Source: a bacterium
Lineage (GTDB): Bacteria > Aerophobota > Aerophobia > Aerophobales > AE-B3A
Reading direction: 5' to 3'
DNA length: 64,000 bases
Assembly: GCA_046758525.1 (NCBI GenBank)
Contig: JBHIAL010000001.1
Span: 667 to 64,666 of the forward strand
Shown: positions 25,659 through 34,876 of the stretch, piece by piece
Numbering within the stretch: the stretch's first letter is position 1
How the letters are laid out: each line of letters begins with the position of its first letter
Notes under the pieces: generated by a model
The model's database searches: none
Seen by the model: the letters and a program-made list of their open reading frames with translations, nothing else
Told to the model about the DNA's origin: nothing
Position numbers and translations under genes: made by a program

Positions 25659-28600
25659 TGGCTAACTTAGGAATTACAGTAACTGCTGACGCTAAAAATG
25701 CTCTTGGCACACTTGTCAAATTGCAAGCGCAACTTGAGAATATAGGCAAGATTAAGGGCACTGGTTTTTCAAAAAGCTTCATAAATCTTCAAAAAGAGCA
25801 GGAAAAGACTCTCCAAAAACAAATAGACCTTCAAGGCAAGAAGGCCGATGCAGTAAGTAGGTTTGCAGTAGCAGAACAAAAAACAATTCAGCAAGCAATG
25901 AGGGCTAATCAACAGGCTGCTAAAGCCAAAGATAAGGCAGTAAAGGATGAGATACGCACAGAACAGCAAAAGAGTAAACTTGCACTAAATATAAGAATGA
26001 CGGAAGCCAAGACTGTTAAGGATTTGGAAAAGCTGAAAGCAGATGCTGTCAAACTTCAAGGATTTGAACGATTCAAGGCGGAAAAAAATATAAGTCAGAA
26101 GATTAAGAAGGTTCAGGAGCAAGAGGCTGCGTGGAGAAAAGCAAAGCTGCTTGCTGCTGGTAACACAATAATAAGAACATTTACAGGTGTAGCAGCAGCA
26201 TTTGAGAAGATAGGATTGCCTCAAGGTCTTTCCCTTTCTGCTCGTGCTTTATCAGATGTCGTGAGGGCTATGCAAACATTCAAGAAAGAGGGGTCTTTAA
26301 GTGGCTTACAAGGATTAACACGTGCTTGGGGCAGGGTATTTGAAGGTTTAGCAAAAGGCATAACCACACTTTGGCTCAATGTGCTTGGTACAATGCTCAA
26401 GGTAGCTACTAATATAATGGGCAAGATACTAAACGTATTCAAACGTACATTTCAGGGCATGTCAATTGCCCTTGCTGCCTTTCTTGCAAAGGCAACCGTT
26501 GACTTTATAAGGTTCAGTCATGCTATATCTGGAGCAGTCATACTTATACCTGAAGCTACTGAAAAAACATTCTCAAAAGCATTTAAAGGGGTTGCACAAA
26601 TAGTAAGGGACATCCCTTCTGAGTTTAGAGACATAGCAGCAGGTTTAACAGAGATTGTATCTACAGGTATAGAAAATATAAATGAGGCTCTTATAATTAC
26701 AAGAGAGGCCGCCAGAGGCGCAGTATCTGGTATGACAAATGTTGCTACTGCAACATCGGGTTTATTAACAGTCATAAGTGCCTACAATATGTCAGCTAAG
26801 GACTCCTCAAAAATAAATGATTTATTGTTCAGGACAGTCGACAAATCAAGGGCAAGTTTTACACAACTTACTCAGGAGATGGGATTCTTCATAGGTGTTG
26901 CAAGAAATGCCAATCTTGCCCTTGAGGAAGTATTTGCAACATTCTCACTCATAACAAGGGTACTGAGACCAGAACAAGCAGGCATTGCTACTGCAAGATT
27001 GATTGAGGCTGTTACTACTCCATCTGAGGAGATACTCCAAAGAATGCAAGCTTTGGATATATCCCCATTTCAATTTGGGCAGTTTGGGGAGCGCATCTTT
27101 TTGGGCATGGAGAATTTCCTGACAAGGTTAGCCTCAAAAAATTTTCCCACTCATATAATACGACAGCTATTTCCAGATGCAAGGCAATTCAGGGCTGCTA
27201 CATCAATCATAGGTCAAGGAGTTGCCAATATTGAAAAAATGTTTGATTCTTTTGGTAATTTTATAGGTGCACAAAGCAAACCCTTTGAAACAATGTCCAA
27301 TACGATACAGAACATACTGCTGCAATTGTGGAATAATATAAGATTATTAGGAGCAACACTCATAAGACCTCTTGATAAGCCTCTGACATTATTTGTAACC
27401 AAAATTAAAGATTTTGCCATAGGGATTGGGGATACACTCCGTAAGCACATTGAGAGGGGCGGATTTGGAAGGGTTGTATCAAGAATTCAAGGAATGGTAA
27501 ATGATATTGATTTTTCTACTGGCACAACCAAAGCAGAGAGCTTCTTTCTTGGTTTAGATAATCTTATGAACAAAGCTCTTGACCTAATTGATAAGGTTAG
27601 ACAAAATTTTGGTACTATAAAAGATACCGTCAAAGATGTTTTTGTTACCATAGTTACAACCCACTTACCAAAAATTATAGAAACATTCAAAATAGTTGGA
27701 GGGCTTATATTAGATTTGGCTAAAATATCATTGACTGTTCTAAAACCAGTCATACTTATAGCTGAAAAGGCTGTAAATCTCAGCAGCTTTATCTTTGGAG
27801 ACTCCTCAAAGTTGAGTAGGGCAAAATCCGACAGGAAAAAACTTCAAGAGGAATTAGATAGTATTAGAACTAAGAAAAGAGAGCCCATAAAATTAGAATC
27901 AGGTTCTATAAGTGAAGAAACAAAAAAAGAAATCAAAGCCTTAGATGATAGAGAGAAGATAATTATATCTAAGATTGAGGGTTTAAATAAAAAGATTGAA
28001 CTACTAACAGAATTGACAGCTAACACAGGCTTAGGCATTAATCCAGCAATAGATGCAGTTATAAAGGCTTTTATTGAATTAGAAGCAGTGGGGGGGAAGG
28101 CATTAGACAAGTTCTTAAAATTACTCCAAGATTTTGCTGCGGGTACTAAAGAAGCTGGGGAAAAAGCAGGAACTGCCCTTACAGAAGGCATGAATAGAAT
28201 GTTAGATGTAAGTACAACAGTAGAATTTCTTAAAAGAGAGGAAGAAGAATTTAATGACCATGTACAAAGATTAAGATTACAACTACTTGAGGCTGGAGGT
28301 GTACTATCCCCTCAAACCTTTGATACTATGATTGCTAAAATGAGAAGTCATCTTATAGATAGGGGATTTAAACCAATAACAAAAGAGGCAGTACAGCTTG
28401 CTAATGATGCTTTTGAGGAGTTACAAAAACTTTTAGAGTTCCCTGAGAAGTTCAACTTCTCTCGTGAACAAACCGAAAGGGTATTAGAAGATGCAAGAAA
28501 AAGGGCGTTAGACGTAACCCCATTTAAAACATTAAGGGGTTTAACTGGTACGAAAAGATTAGAGGCATTAGACCCAACAGGAAGGATAGAGGAATTAAAT

Positions 28601-29566
28601 CAACTCGAACACAAAAGCGGGATTATTACTCAAGAAAAGGCAGACGCTGCTAAAGAATTAGGTCTAAATTATGGTATCTATGCTGATTTTCTCGAAGAGG
28701 GTATTAGAAGAGAAATGGATACTCTAAGACTACAATTCAGGCGCAATGATGCAGCACAGAAGCAGATAGACTTGTTGGAAAAGTTCAGAATATTACAAGC
28801 AAAAATACAGTCCGCTCAAATAAGGGCAGATGTTGGAGAGACTGTTGGCGAGGTTGTGATGGCTAAATTGAAAGCGAGGCAGTTTGAAGAAAGACCTGTC
28901 CAAATCATTGCTGACCGAATAGTAAATATATTTGATGATATGGGAAGTAGGATTGAAACTACCCTTACAGATGTCTTTAATACAGGCGAGCTCAACTTCA
29001 GAAATTTTGCAGAATCCATACAAAAAATAATGAACAGGGCTATATCTGGTATAATTGCAGATTTAATACGTTTAAAATTAAGAACAGCTATCCTGGGAGA
29101 GGCTGCGGGCGATGCTGGTGGAGGTCTGAATATTTTAGCAGCCATTGGAAGCCTCTTTGGCGCTGCTGGAGGTGCAGCGCCACCAAGCACTGGTACTAAC
29201 CCTTCTCCTGCAGGGCCTGGAGGAGGTGGGTCGTTGGCAAGACATAGTGGGGGGATGATTACAAAAGATACTCCCCGCTTTCACTCTGGGGGATTCAACA
29301 GATTATTAGCAGAGGATGAGCGAATGGCTGTTCTACAAACTGGAGAGGGAGTTCTATCCAGAGAGGGCATCAAAAACTTAGGGAAACTAAACAAAGGACA
29401 ACTATCAAAAGATTCATCTCAGGGTAATCTAACTATTAACATGCCAGTAACTATAGAAGCAATTGACCCTGTATCTGGAGCAGAGTTAATACAACCAATG
29501 ATAACAAAGAATGACCCGCTGCTTCGAGCTATGTATAGAAGATGGCAAATAGACCAAAGGAGATAA
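25658..29566 (+). CDS. tail tape measure protein
   Basis: 1302 aa, strongly alpha-helical and coiled-coil in composition, with a Gly-rich C-terminal segment (GGGLNILAAIGSLFGAAGGAAPP). Confidence 0.85.
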   Translation: MANLGITVTADAKNALGTLVKLQAQLENIGKIKGTGFSKSFINLQKEQEKTLQKQIDLQGKKADAVSRFAVAEQKTIQQAMRANQQAAKAKDKAVKDEIRTEQQKSKLALNIRMTEAKTVKDLEKLKADAVKLQGFERFKAEKNISQKIKKVQEQEAAWRKAKLLAAGNTIIRTFTGVAAAFEKIGLPQGLSLSARALSDVVRAMQTFKKEGSLSGLQGLTRAWGRVFEGLAKGITTLWLNVLGTMLKVATNIMGKILNVFKRTFQGMSIALAAFLAKATVDFIRFSHAISGAVILIPEATEKTFSKAFKGVAQIVRDIPSEFRDIAAGLTEIVSTGIENINEALIITREAARGAVSGMTNVATATSGLLTVISAYNMSAKDSSKINDLLFRTVDKSRASFTQLTQEMGFFIGVARNANLALEEVFATFSLITRVLRPEQAGIATARLIEAVTTPSEEILQRMQALDISPFQFGQFGERIFLGMENFLTRLASKNFPTHIIRQLFPDARQFRAATSIIGQGVANIEKMFDSFGNFIGAQSKPFETMSNTIQNILLQLWNNIRLLGATLIRPLDKPLTLFVTKIKDFAIGIGDTLRKHIERGGFGRVVSRIQGMVNDIDFSTGTTKAESFFLGLDNLMNKALDLIDKVRQNFGTIKDTVKDVFVTIVTTHLPKIIETFKIVGGLILDLAKISLTVLKPVILIAEKAVNLSSFIFGDSSKLSRAKSDRKKLQEELDSIRTKKREPIKLESGSISEETKKEIKALDDREKIIISKIEGLNKKIELLTELTANTGLGINPAIDAVIKAFIELEAVGGKALDKFLKLLQDFAAGTKEAGEKAGTALTEGMNRMLDVSTTVEFLKREEEEFNDHVQRLRLQLLEAGGVLSPQTFDTMIAKMRSHLIDRGFKPITKEAVQLANDAFEELQKLLEFPEKFNFSREQTERVLEDARKRALDVTPFKTLRGLTGTKRLEALDPTGRIEELNQLEHKSGIITQEKADAAKELGLNYGIYADFLEEGIRREMDTLRLQFRRNDAAQKQIDLLEKFRILQAKIQSAQIRADVGETVGEVVMAKLKARQFEERPVQIIADRIVNIFDDMGSRIETTLTDVFNTGELNFRNFAESIQKIMNRAISGIIADLIRLKLRTAILGEAAGDAGGGLNILAAIGSLFGAAGGAAPPSTGTNPSPAGPGGGGSLARHSGGMITKDTPRFHSGGFNRLLAEDERMAVLQTGEGVLSREGIKNLGKLNKGQLSKDSSQGNLTINMPVTIEAIDPVSGAELIQPMITKNDPLLRAMYRRWQIDQRR

Positions 29567-29569
29567 GCC

Positions 29570-30466
29570 ATGCCTCAAGGAGCGCTCAGAGTTATTAACC
29601 GTATATTCCCCTACAATCCATCGTATCCAGTGCAGACAACGCCTGAATGGAGTACGCTTGTACCACAATATAGGGAGGCAGACCAGTCCAGAAGTCTTGT
29701 ATCTCGCCCAAAGAGGACATGGTCGCTTCAGTGGGATTCTCTTACTAAGATAGAAAAGGATGCAATTCGGGATTTCTACCACGCCCGTAAGGGGGGATTT
29801 GGGAAGTTTTTATTTTTGGCTTACAAGGATTATGATGATGATAGTCGTTCAGATATTATAGGTACAGCAGGCAGCAGCAGTAACACAACCCAAATCTATC
29901 TACAAAATGCCCCAGCAGAAGATGACCTATATAATAATTGGACTATAGAGATTGATGTTGGTTCTGGAGCAGAACATAAGATTATTACAGATTATGACGG
30001 CTCCAATCAAGTTGCTACGACACAGGCGTTTACTGCCTCAACAGCAGGCAAGCAATACACATTACGACAAAGTATTGGAGTAGGTAACGGTACAAAGACT
30101 GCTTTTGATTTAGTTAAAAATTACAACACTCATTCAGAAACCAAAAAGTATATGTATGATGAAAGTACGAGTGGGGGAGTATATGAACCAAAGGTTTGGA
30201 CACATGATGGTTCAACAATAACAACTCAAGTATGGAGTACGAATTATACATATACACAACATCTGTTTGCCAACAATGATAGACAATATTATGAAGGTCC
30301 CATTAATTTTGTAACTGCTCCCACAAATGGACATTCTGTAATTGCAAGCTGGTATTACCTGTATCCAGTAAGATTTCATCCAGATGATGCCCTGAACAAA
30401 AGTTTGTTCACAACAAATCTTTATGAACTCAATACAATAAGGTTGGTAGAAGTATATGAGTCCTAA
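29570..30466 (+). CDS. minor tail protein, lambda gpM-like N-terminal domain
   Basis: WSLQWDSLTKIEKDAIRDFYHARKGGFGKFLFLA parallels the lambda gpM block YSVTLSVPREEATVLESFLEEHGGWKSFLWTP. Confidence 0.45.
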   Translation: MPQGALRVINRIFPYNPSYPVQTTPEWSTLVPQYREADQSRSLVSRPKRTWSLQWDSLTKIEKDAIRDFYHARKGGFGKFLFLAYKDYDDDSRSDIIGTAGSSSNTTQIYLQNAPAEDDLYNNWTIEIDVGSGAEHKIITDYDGSNQVATTQAFTASTAGKQYTLRQSIGVGNGTKTAFDLVKNYNTHSETKKYMYDESTSGGVYEPKVWTHDGSTITTQVWSTNYTYTQHLFANNDRQYYEGPINFVTAPTNGHSVIASWYYLYPVRFHPDDALNKSLFTTNLYELNTIRLVEVYES

Positions 30467-31388
30467 ATCCACCACGACTAATTTCAATACCCAGAAGGAT
30501 GCCGAGCAGAATGCCCCATTTTATTTAATGGAACTTGATGGTTTGATTTGGGGTACTACAGGCAGTTCTTCAACATCAACAAACGTGTATCTTGGAGCGA
30601 GTGCAAGTTCTGTGGATGGTATTTATGATGGTCATCAATTGAAGGTGGGCGACCCTGAATCTACCACAGGTACTGAAACACGGACAATAAATACATATAC
30701 AGGCTCTACCAAGATAGCCAACGTTTCGACAGCATTTACAATCCCTACAGCATCTGTCAAATATGAAGTATCCAACACTTATTATTTTGCCAACTGGAGT
30801 AATGATGTTGTAATAGGAGCTACAACATACAAAAGTAGAGGATTTAATATAAGCGACCAAGGTATAACTGAAAATGCTATTGGGGAAGTGGATAGCTCAG
30901 ACATAATGATTGATGATGTTGATAGACAGATTGTATTATATGCCAATGCTTATAATTCATTCAAGGAAAGAGAACTTAGATTGCATACTATATTTCTCGA
31001 TGAATTAACAATTGCAGATGCCATTACGGATGTATTTGATGTCCGTACAGTTGCATTCAAACCTCCAGCAGCGTCTATTCTGGTAAGATTCGCAATCAAT
31101 CCCCAAGAAAACATGTTGCATTTGCGAACATGGCTTGCAGAGGGATGCCCTTGGAAGTATAAGGATTCAAATACATGTAGATACAACCCCGACAATATTG
31201 CCAATTTATTTGTACCAGGCCCTAATGGAGAAACAGACTTTTGCTCAAAGTCATTTCATGGGCCTTTTGGGTGTAAATTTGGTATAAGAGCCGATGGGGA
31301 ATTCAGACGTAATACAGAGAATTTCGGTGGAGCCCCTGGAATGCCAGACCCTCGTCTCATTGTATTTGTGCCCACAAAGGGGAGATAA
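30456..31388 (+). CDS. minor tail protein, lambda gpL-like (C-terminal Cys cluster)
   Basis: The C-terminus CPWKYKDSNTCRYNP...FCSKSFHGPFGCKFG has 4-5 cysteines. Lambda gpL coordinates an Fe-S cluster through C-terminal cysteines. Confidence 0.45.
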   Translation: MSPKSTTTNFNTQKDAEQNAPFYLMELDGLIWGTTGSSSTSTNVYLGASASSVDGIYDGHQLKVGDPESTTGTETRTINTYTGSTKIANVSTAFTIPTASVKYEVSNTYYFANWSNDVVIGATTYKSRGFNISDQGITENAIGEVDSSDIMIDDVDRQIVLYANAYNSFKERELRLHTIFLDELTIADAITDVFDVRTVAFKPPAASILVRFAINPQENMLHLRTWLAEGCPWKYKDSNTCRYNPDNIANLFVPGPNGETDFCSKSFHGPFGCKFGIRADGEFRRNTENFGGAPGMPDPRLIVFVPTKGR

Positions 31389-31393
31389 TAACT

Positions 31394-34300
31394 ATGGCTA
31401 AGATTATTCCAATTATATTAGGTGGAATACAAATAATTACAGGCACACTTATGCTTTTGTCTGGGAATCCATGGGGATTAATGCTTATGTTCACAGGGGC
31501 AATGAGTATAAGCACTGCCCTCGCCCGCATCCCACGAGCACGGACACCAAAAAGACCAGATGAAGTATTTAGCTTTATGGGGGCAGAGGCACGGTCTGAA
31601 CCTGGTATGCCAGTTGGAACTCATTGGGGACGCAATTTGGTGGGAGGACAGCTATTACAATTATCAAGAGACTTTGAGCGCCCAGGTCACACCTTTGAAG
31701 TGCTAACAATGGTTATAGGGATTGGAGAGGGTAAAGCAGAGGGATTCTCTGGTTCACTTAACGAAGCACTTAATAGAATCTTTGTTAATGACCAATCATT
31801 GAAATCACTTGGTATAGATTCAAGAATCCAATTTACAGACGGTACGCAAGATTCTCCTCTGGATAAAGTATTTGCAGATAGATTAGTTACTCATTATAGA
31901 CAAAGTACAAGCCTTGATGATTCTGAATTTTCTTATACCGTTCAAAATAAGTTTGCCGAAGGAGTTGAGGTAGGTATCACATTCCCAGAAGGTCTATATG
32001 GGATTGATATGACAGGCGATAATGCTGGAAGTATAAGGGGCGCAAAGGTGGAGTTTACAATGGAATTCAGAGATGTTACAGACCCCGATAACCTTGGTGT
32101 ATGGCAGAGTGGTTTAAGAAACCGAACAAGAGAACAGGAGTTATTGGTCATAAATGAGTTCCCAGGCGTTGGTAAGGTTACAGATGAGATTTCTTTTACT
32201 ATGCCAGATGAAGGAGGGCATTTTGCATTAGACAAGATAGAATTTGGGGCACAATTTGTAGATGAATGTCTGGTAAATATCATTCCAGACACAGGTATAA
32301 CCTTCACTAATGCTTGTACTACGTTTACATTCAGCATTGATGGAGAAACAGGGGCGAGAACAGAGGACTTAACTTACCAAAAAAGTCAAAATAGGATTAA
32401 AAGAGTATGTGGAACAGTAACCTATACTACATCAGGTAATAGTTATGCAGTAGATATTTCAGTAACTTGGAGCTTTCGTTGTATAGCCGACATTAATGGT
32501 ATTGCAATGTTGCTGACAGGAGCTACACTACCTGACATAACAGAATTAGAGTTGACCAAAAACGGGCAACGCACTGGTGTAGTATTAAATGTAGTTGAAT
32601 CAGAAGGTATTACATCCCTTTCTCCAGCTATTAAGTTTCGAGACCAAGATAGATTGGGTTTTTATGTTATAAAGGGAACTTGGAGCGGGGCACAGTATGT
32701 TACACTCAGAGGAGAAAGGGTAAGTAAAAAAGACAGTACGTTTCAGGTAATAGGAGGCAAGTGGGCTCAGAAAACACTGAATAAAGATTACGAGATATTT
32801 TTTCCTGATAATGTATCAGGAGCAGAGAAAACACATCAAATCAGAATATCTAAGAAAAACTTCCCTGGCGATAGTGATACTCAGCAATTTAATAAGGCTA
32901 CAATAGTATATGTAGAGGAATTTGAATTTGGTAGACTACGTTATCCAAATACGGCATTATTGGCATTACAATTTTTTCCCTCTTCCCGCCTATCTGGAGG
33001 AACCCCCCAAATTAAAATAGTATGGGATGGGCAACACGTTTACACATTAATGGAGTCAGGGGGCACGCCCACAATGAAAGGATTTTATGATTGGGCAAAC
33101 CCCTCTTCTGACAGAAGGGTATGGGGGAGGAATCCAGCGTGTATCCTTTATACAATATATCGTGATATTATTGGGGTAAGCGCCAGCAGACTTGACCTTA
33201 CCAGTTTCAAGGATGTTAGAGATAGGGCGTTTGCCAATGGCATTACATTTGATTATTCAGTAGCTACAGAAGTCAGTTTCAGGGACTTTATAGAAGACTT
33301 CAAGAATGCTACGGGATTCGTTCCAATAAGAGGGAATAATGGCGTGATTGAACTCACTTATGATAAAGCTATGTTTGGGGAGACTGATACATCTGCTTTC
33401 TCATTCAATGAAAAGAATATAATTGATAAACCAAGCCTATCTCTTGAATGGGGAGGCAAACCCGCAACCAAGCTCCCTAATGCAATAGAGATACAATATC
33501 GTAACGCTGAAAATAACTATGCGCCTGAGACTATTTTATTGACAAGGGAGGACTTAAGAGACTTTGAGAAATTAGAGACTGTAAATGTATTATTAAATGG
33601 AGTTACAATTAGAGAACAGGCATTGAAAAAGGGAAATGTAATACTTAATACATTAAGACTTGAAGACATCACAGCAAGATGGAAAACAGGGACTTATGGT
33701 ATGCACTTGCAGCCGACTGATATAGTTGATATTACACATGAAGACCCTGGTTGGTCAAGTAAGCAATTTAAAATAACTAAGTTATCTCGTACACTTGATG
33801 AGCCTAACGTAATGACATTGGAAGCAATTGAATTTAATCCAGACATCTATAAAAGGGATGGAACCCCCAGTTATACTCCCGACAAACTAACATTCAGACC
33901 TCCTAATGCTGCTCCTTTGAATGTACTGAATTTGAACGTAACTCTGAATAAGGTTGAAGAAAGACTTGTACTGTTCATTACTTTTGATTTACCTGATGAT
34001 AATAATTTCAGTCATGCCGAGATTTATCTGTCAGAGGAGAACAACGACACCCCCATCCTAAAAGGTAACTCGACAGGACAATTTACCATATACCACGAAT
34101 TAATCGAGAAGCAGCTTTATACAGTTTCCGTTACGAGCGTATCAATTTACAATATCAGAAGTTTTAAAAGTGCAGAAAGTACAATATATATAGACCCCTT
34201 CATTCATGTAGTTCCTCCCAATGTAGAGGATTTCACAGCTTCTTTCGATGGTAATATTATTCACTTCGAGTGGAGTGCAATAGCAGATACAGACCTTGAC

Positions 34301-34858
34301 TATTATGAAATCAGGGAAGGACAATCATGGGAGGGGGGCACAACTGTCGCAACCAGAATAAGACAAACAACATGGAGTTTGATGAATATTCCAGAACCAG
34401 GTACTTATAAATACTTTATCAAAGCAATTGATAAATTCAGGGACGAATCTGAGGGCGCTACTGATTTTATTTTAGAGATACCTCCAGATAAAAATAGAAG
34501 GTTGATTTTTAGCAGGGATGAACGAGTAGAAGACTGGATATTTGAATCGTCCACAACAAGCGCCAACAGTGGAGATATACGTGAGGTATTCCTTGGTTCA
34601 GATGCCAGCGGAGAAGATGATTTCTACAATGATATGTTAGTAGAAGTGGAAAATGTAGGTTGGGGACATATAGAGGATTATGTTGGTTCTACAAAACTTG
34701 CAACATTGATGGCTGTTGATAAATTTTCATCCCCACCAAAATCAGGCAAGACCTATAAAATACGTAACACTGGAAACAGACTTTTCAGGACAGTAGAAGG
34801 AACCTTAATGCTGGCATCAAGAAAAAGATGGGACGATATGCGTATTTTCAACCCTTAA
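31394..34858 (+). CDS. central tail fiber / host specificity protein: gpI C-terminal-like hydrophobic Gly-rich N-terminus fused to gpJ-like body with fibronectin-III domain
   Basis: The N-terminus IILGGIQIITGTLMLLSG...LARIPRARTPKRPD parallels the lambda gpI C-terminus (...GGVAQMLAPKARTPRIQ). FN3-like segment VVPPNVEDFTASFDGNIIHFEWSAIADTDLDYYEIREG. 1154 aa. Confidence 0.6.
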   Translation: MAKIIPIILGGIQIITGTLMLLSGNPWGLMLMFTGAMSISTALARIPRARTPKRPDEVFSFMGAEARSEPGMPVGTHWGRNLVGGQLLQLSRDFERPGHTFEVLTMVIGIGEGKAEGFSGSLNEALNRIFVNDQSLKSLGIDSRIQFTDGTQDSPLDKVFADRLVTHYRQSTSLDDSEFSYTVQNKFAEGVEVGITFPEGLYGIDMTGDNAGSIRGAKVEFTMEFRDVTDPDNLGVWQSGLRNRTREQELLVINEFPGVGKVTDEISFTMPDEGGHFALDKIEFGAQFVDECLVNIIPDTGITFTNACTTFTFSIDGETGARTEDLTYQKSQNRIKRVCGTVTYTTSGNSYAVDISVTWSFRCIADINGIAMLLTGATLPDITELELTKNGQRTGVVLNVVESEGITSLSPAIKFRDQDRLGFYVIKGTWSGAQYVTLRGERVSKKDSTFQVIGGKWAQKTLNKDYEIFFPDNVSGAEKTHQIRISKKNFPGDSDTQQFNKATIVYVEEFEFGRLRYPNTALLALQFFPSSRLSGGTPQIKIVWDGQHVYTLMESGGTPTMKGFYDWANPSSDRRVWGRNPACILYTIYRDIIGVSASRLDLTSFKDVRDRAFANGITFDYSVATEVSFRDFIEDFKNATGFVPIRGNNGVIELTYDKAMFGETDTSAFSFNEKNIIDKPSLSLEWGGKPATKLPNAIEIQYRNAENNYAPETILLTREDLRDFEKLETVNVLLNGVTIREQALKKGNVILNTLRLEDITARWKTGTYGMHLQPTDIVDITHEDPGWSSKQFKITKLSRTLDEPNVMTLEAIEFNPDIYKRDGTPSYTPDKLTFRPPNAAPLNVLNLNVTLNKVEERLVLFITFDLPDDNNFSHAEIYLSEENNDTPILKGNSTGQFTIYHELIEKQLYTVSVTSVSIYNIRSFKSAESTIYIDPFIHVVPPNVEDFTASFDGNIIHFEWSAIADTDLDYYEIREGQSWEGGTTVATRIRQTTWSLMNIPEPGTYKYFIKAIDKFRDESEGATDFILEIPPDKNRRLIFSRDERVEDWIFESSTTSANSGDIREVFLGSDASGEDDFYNDMLVEVENVGWGHIEDYVGSTKLATLMAVDKFSSPPKSGKTYKIRNTGNRLFRTVEGTLMLASRKRWDDMRIFNP

Positions 34859-34876
34859 AATTGACAGGAATGAATC

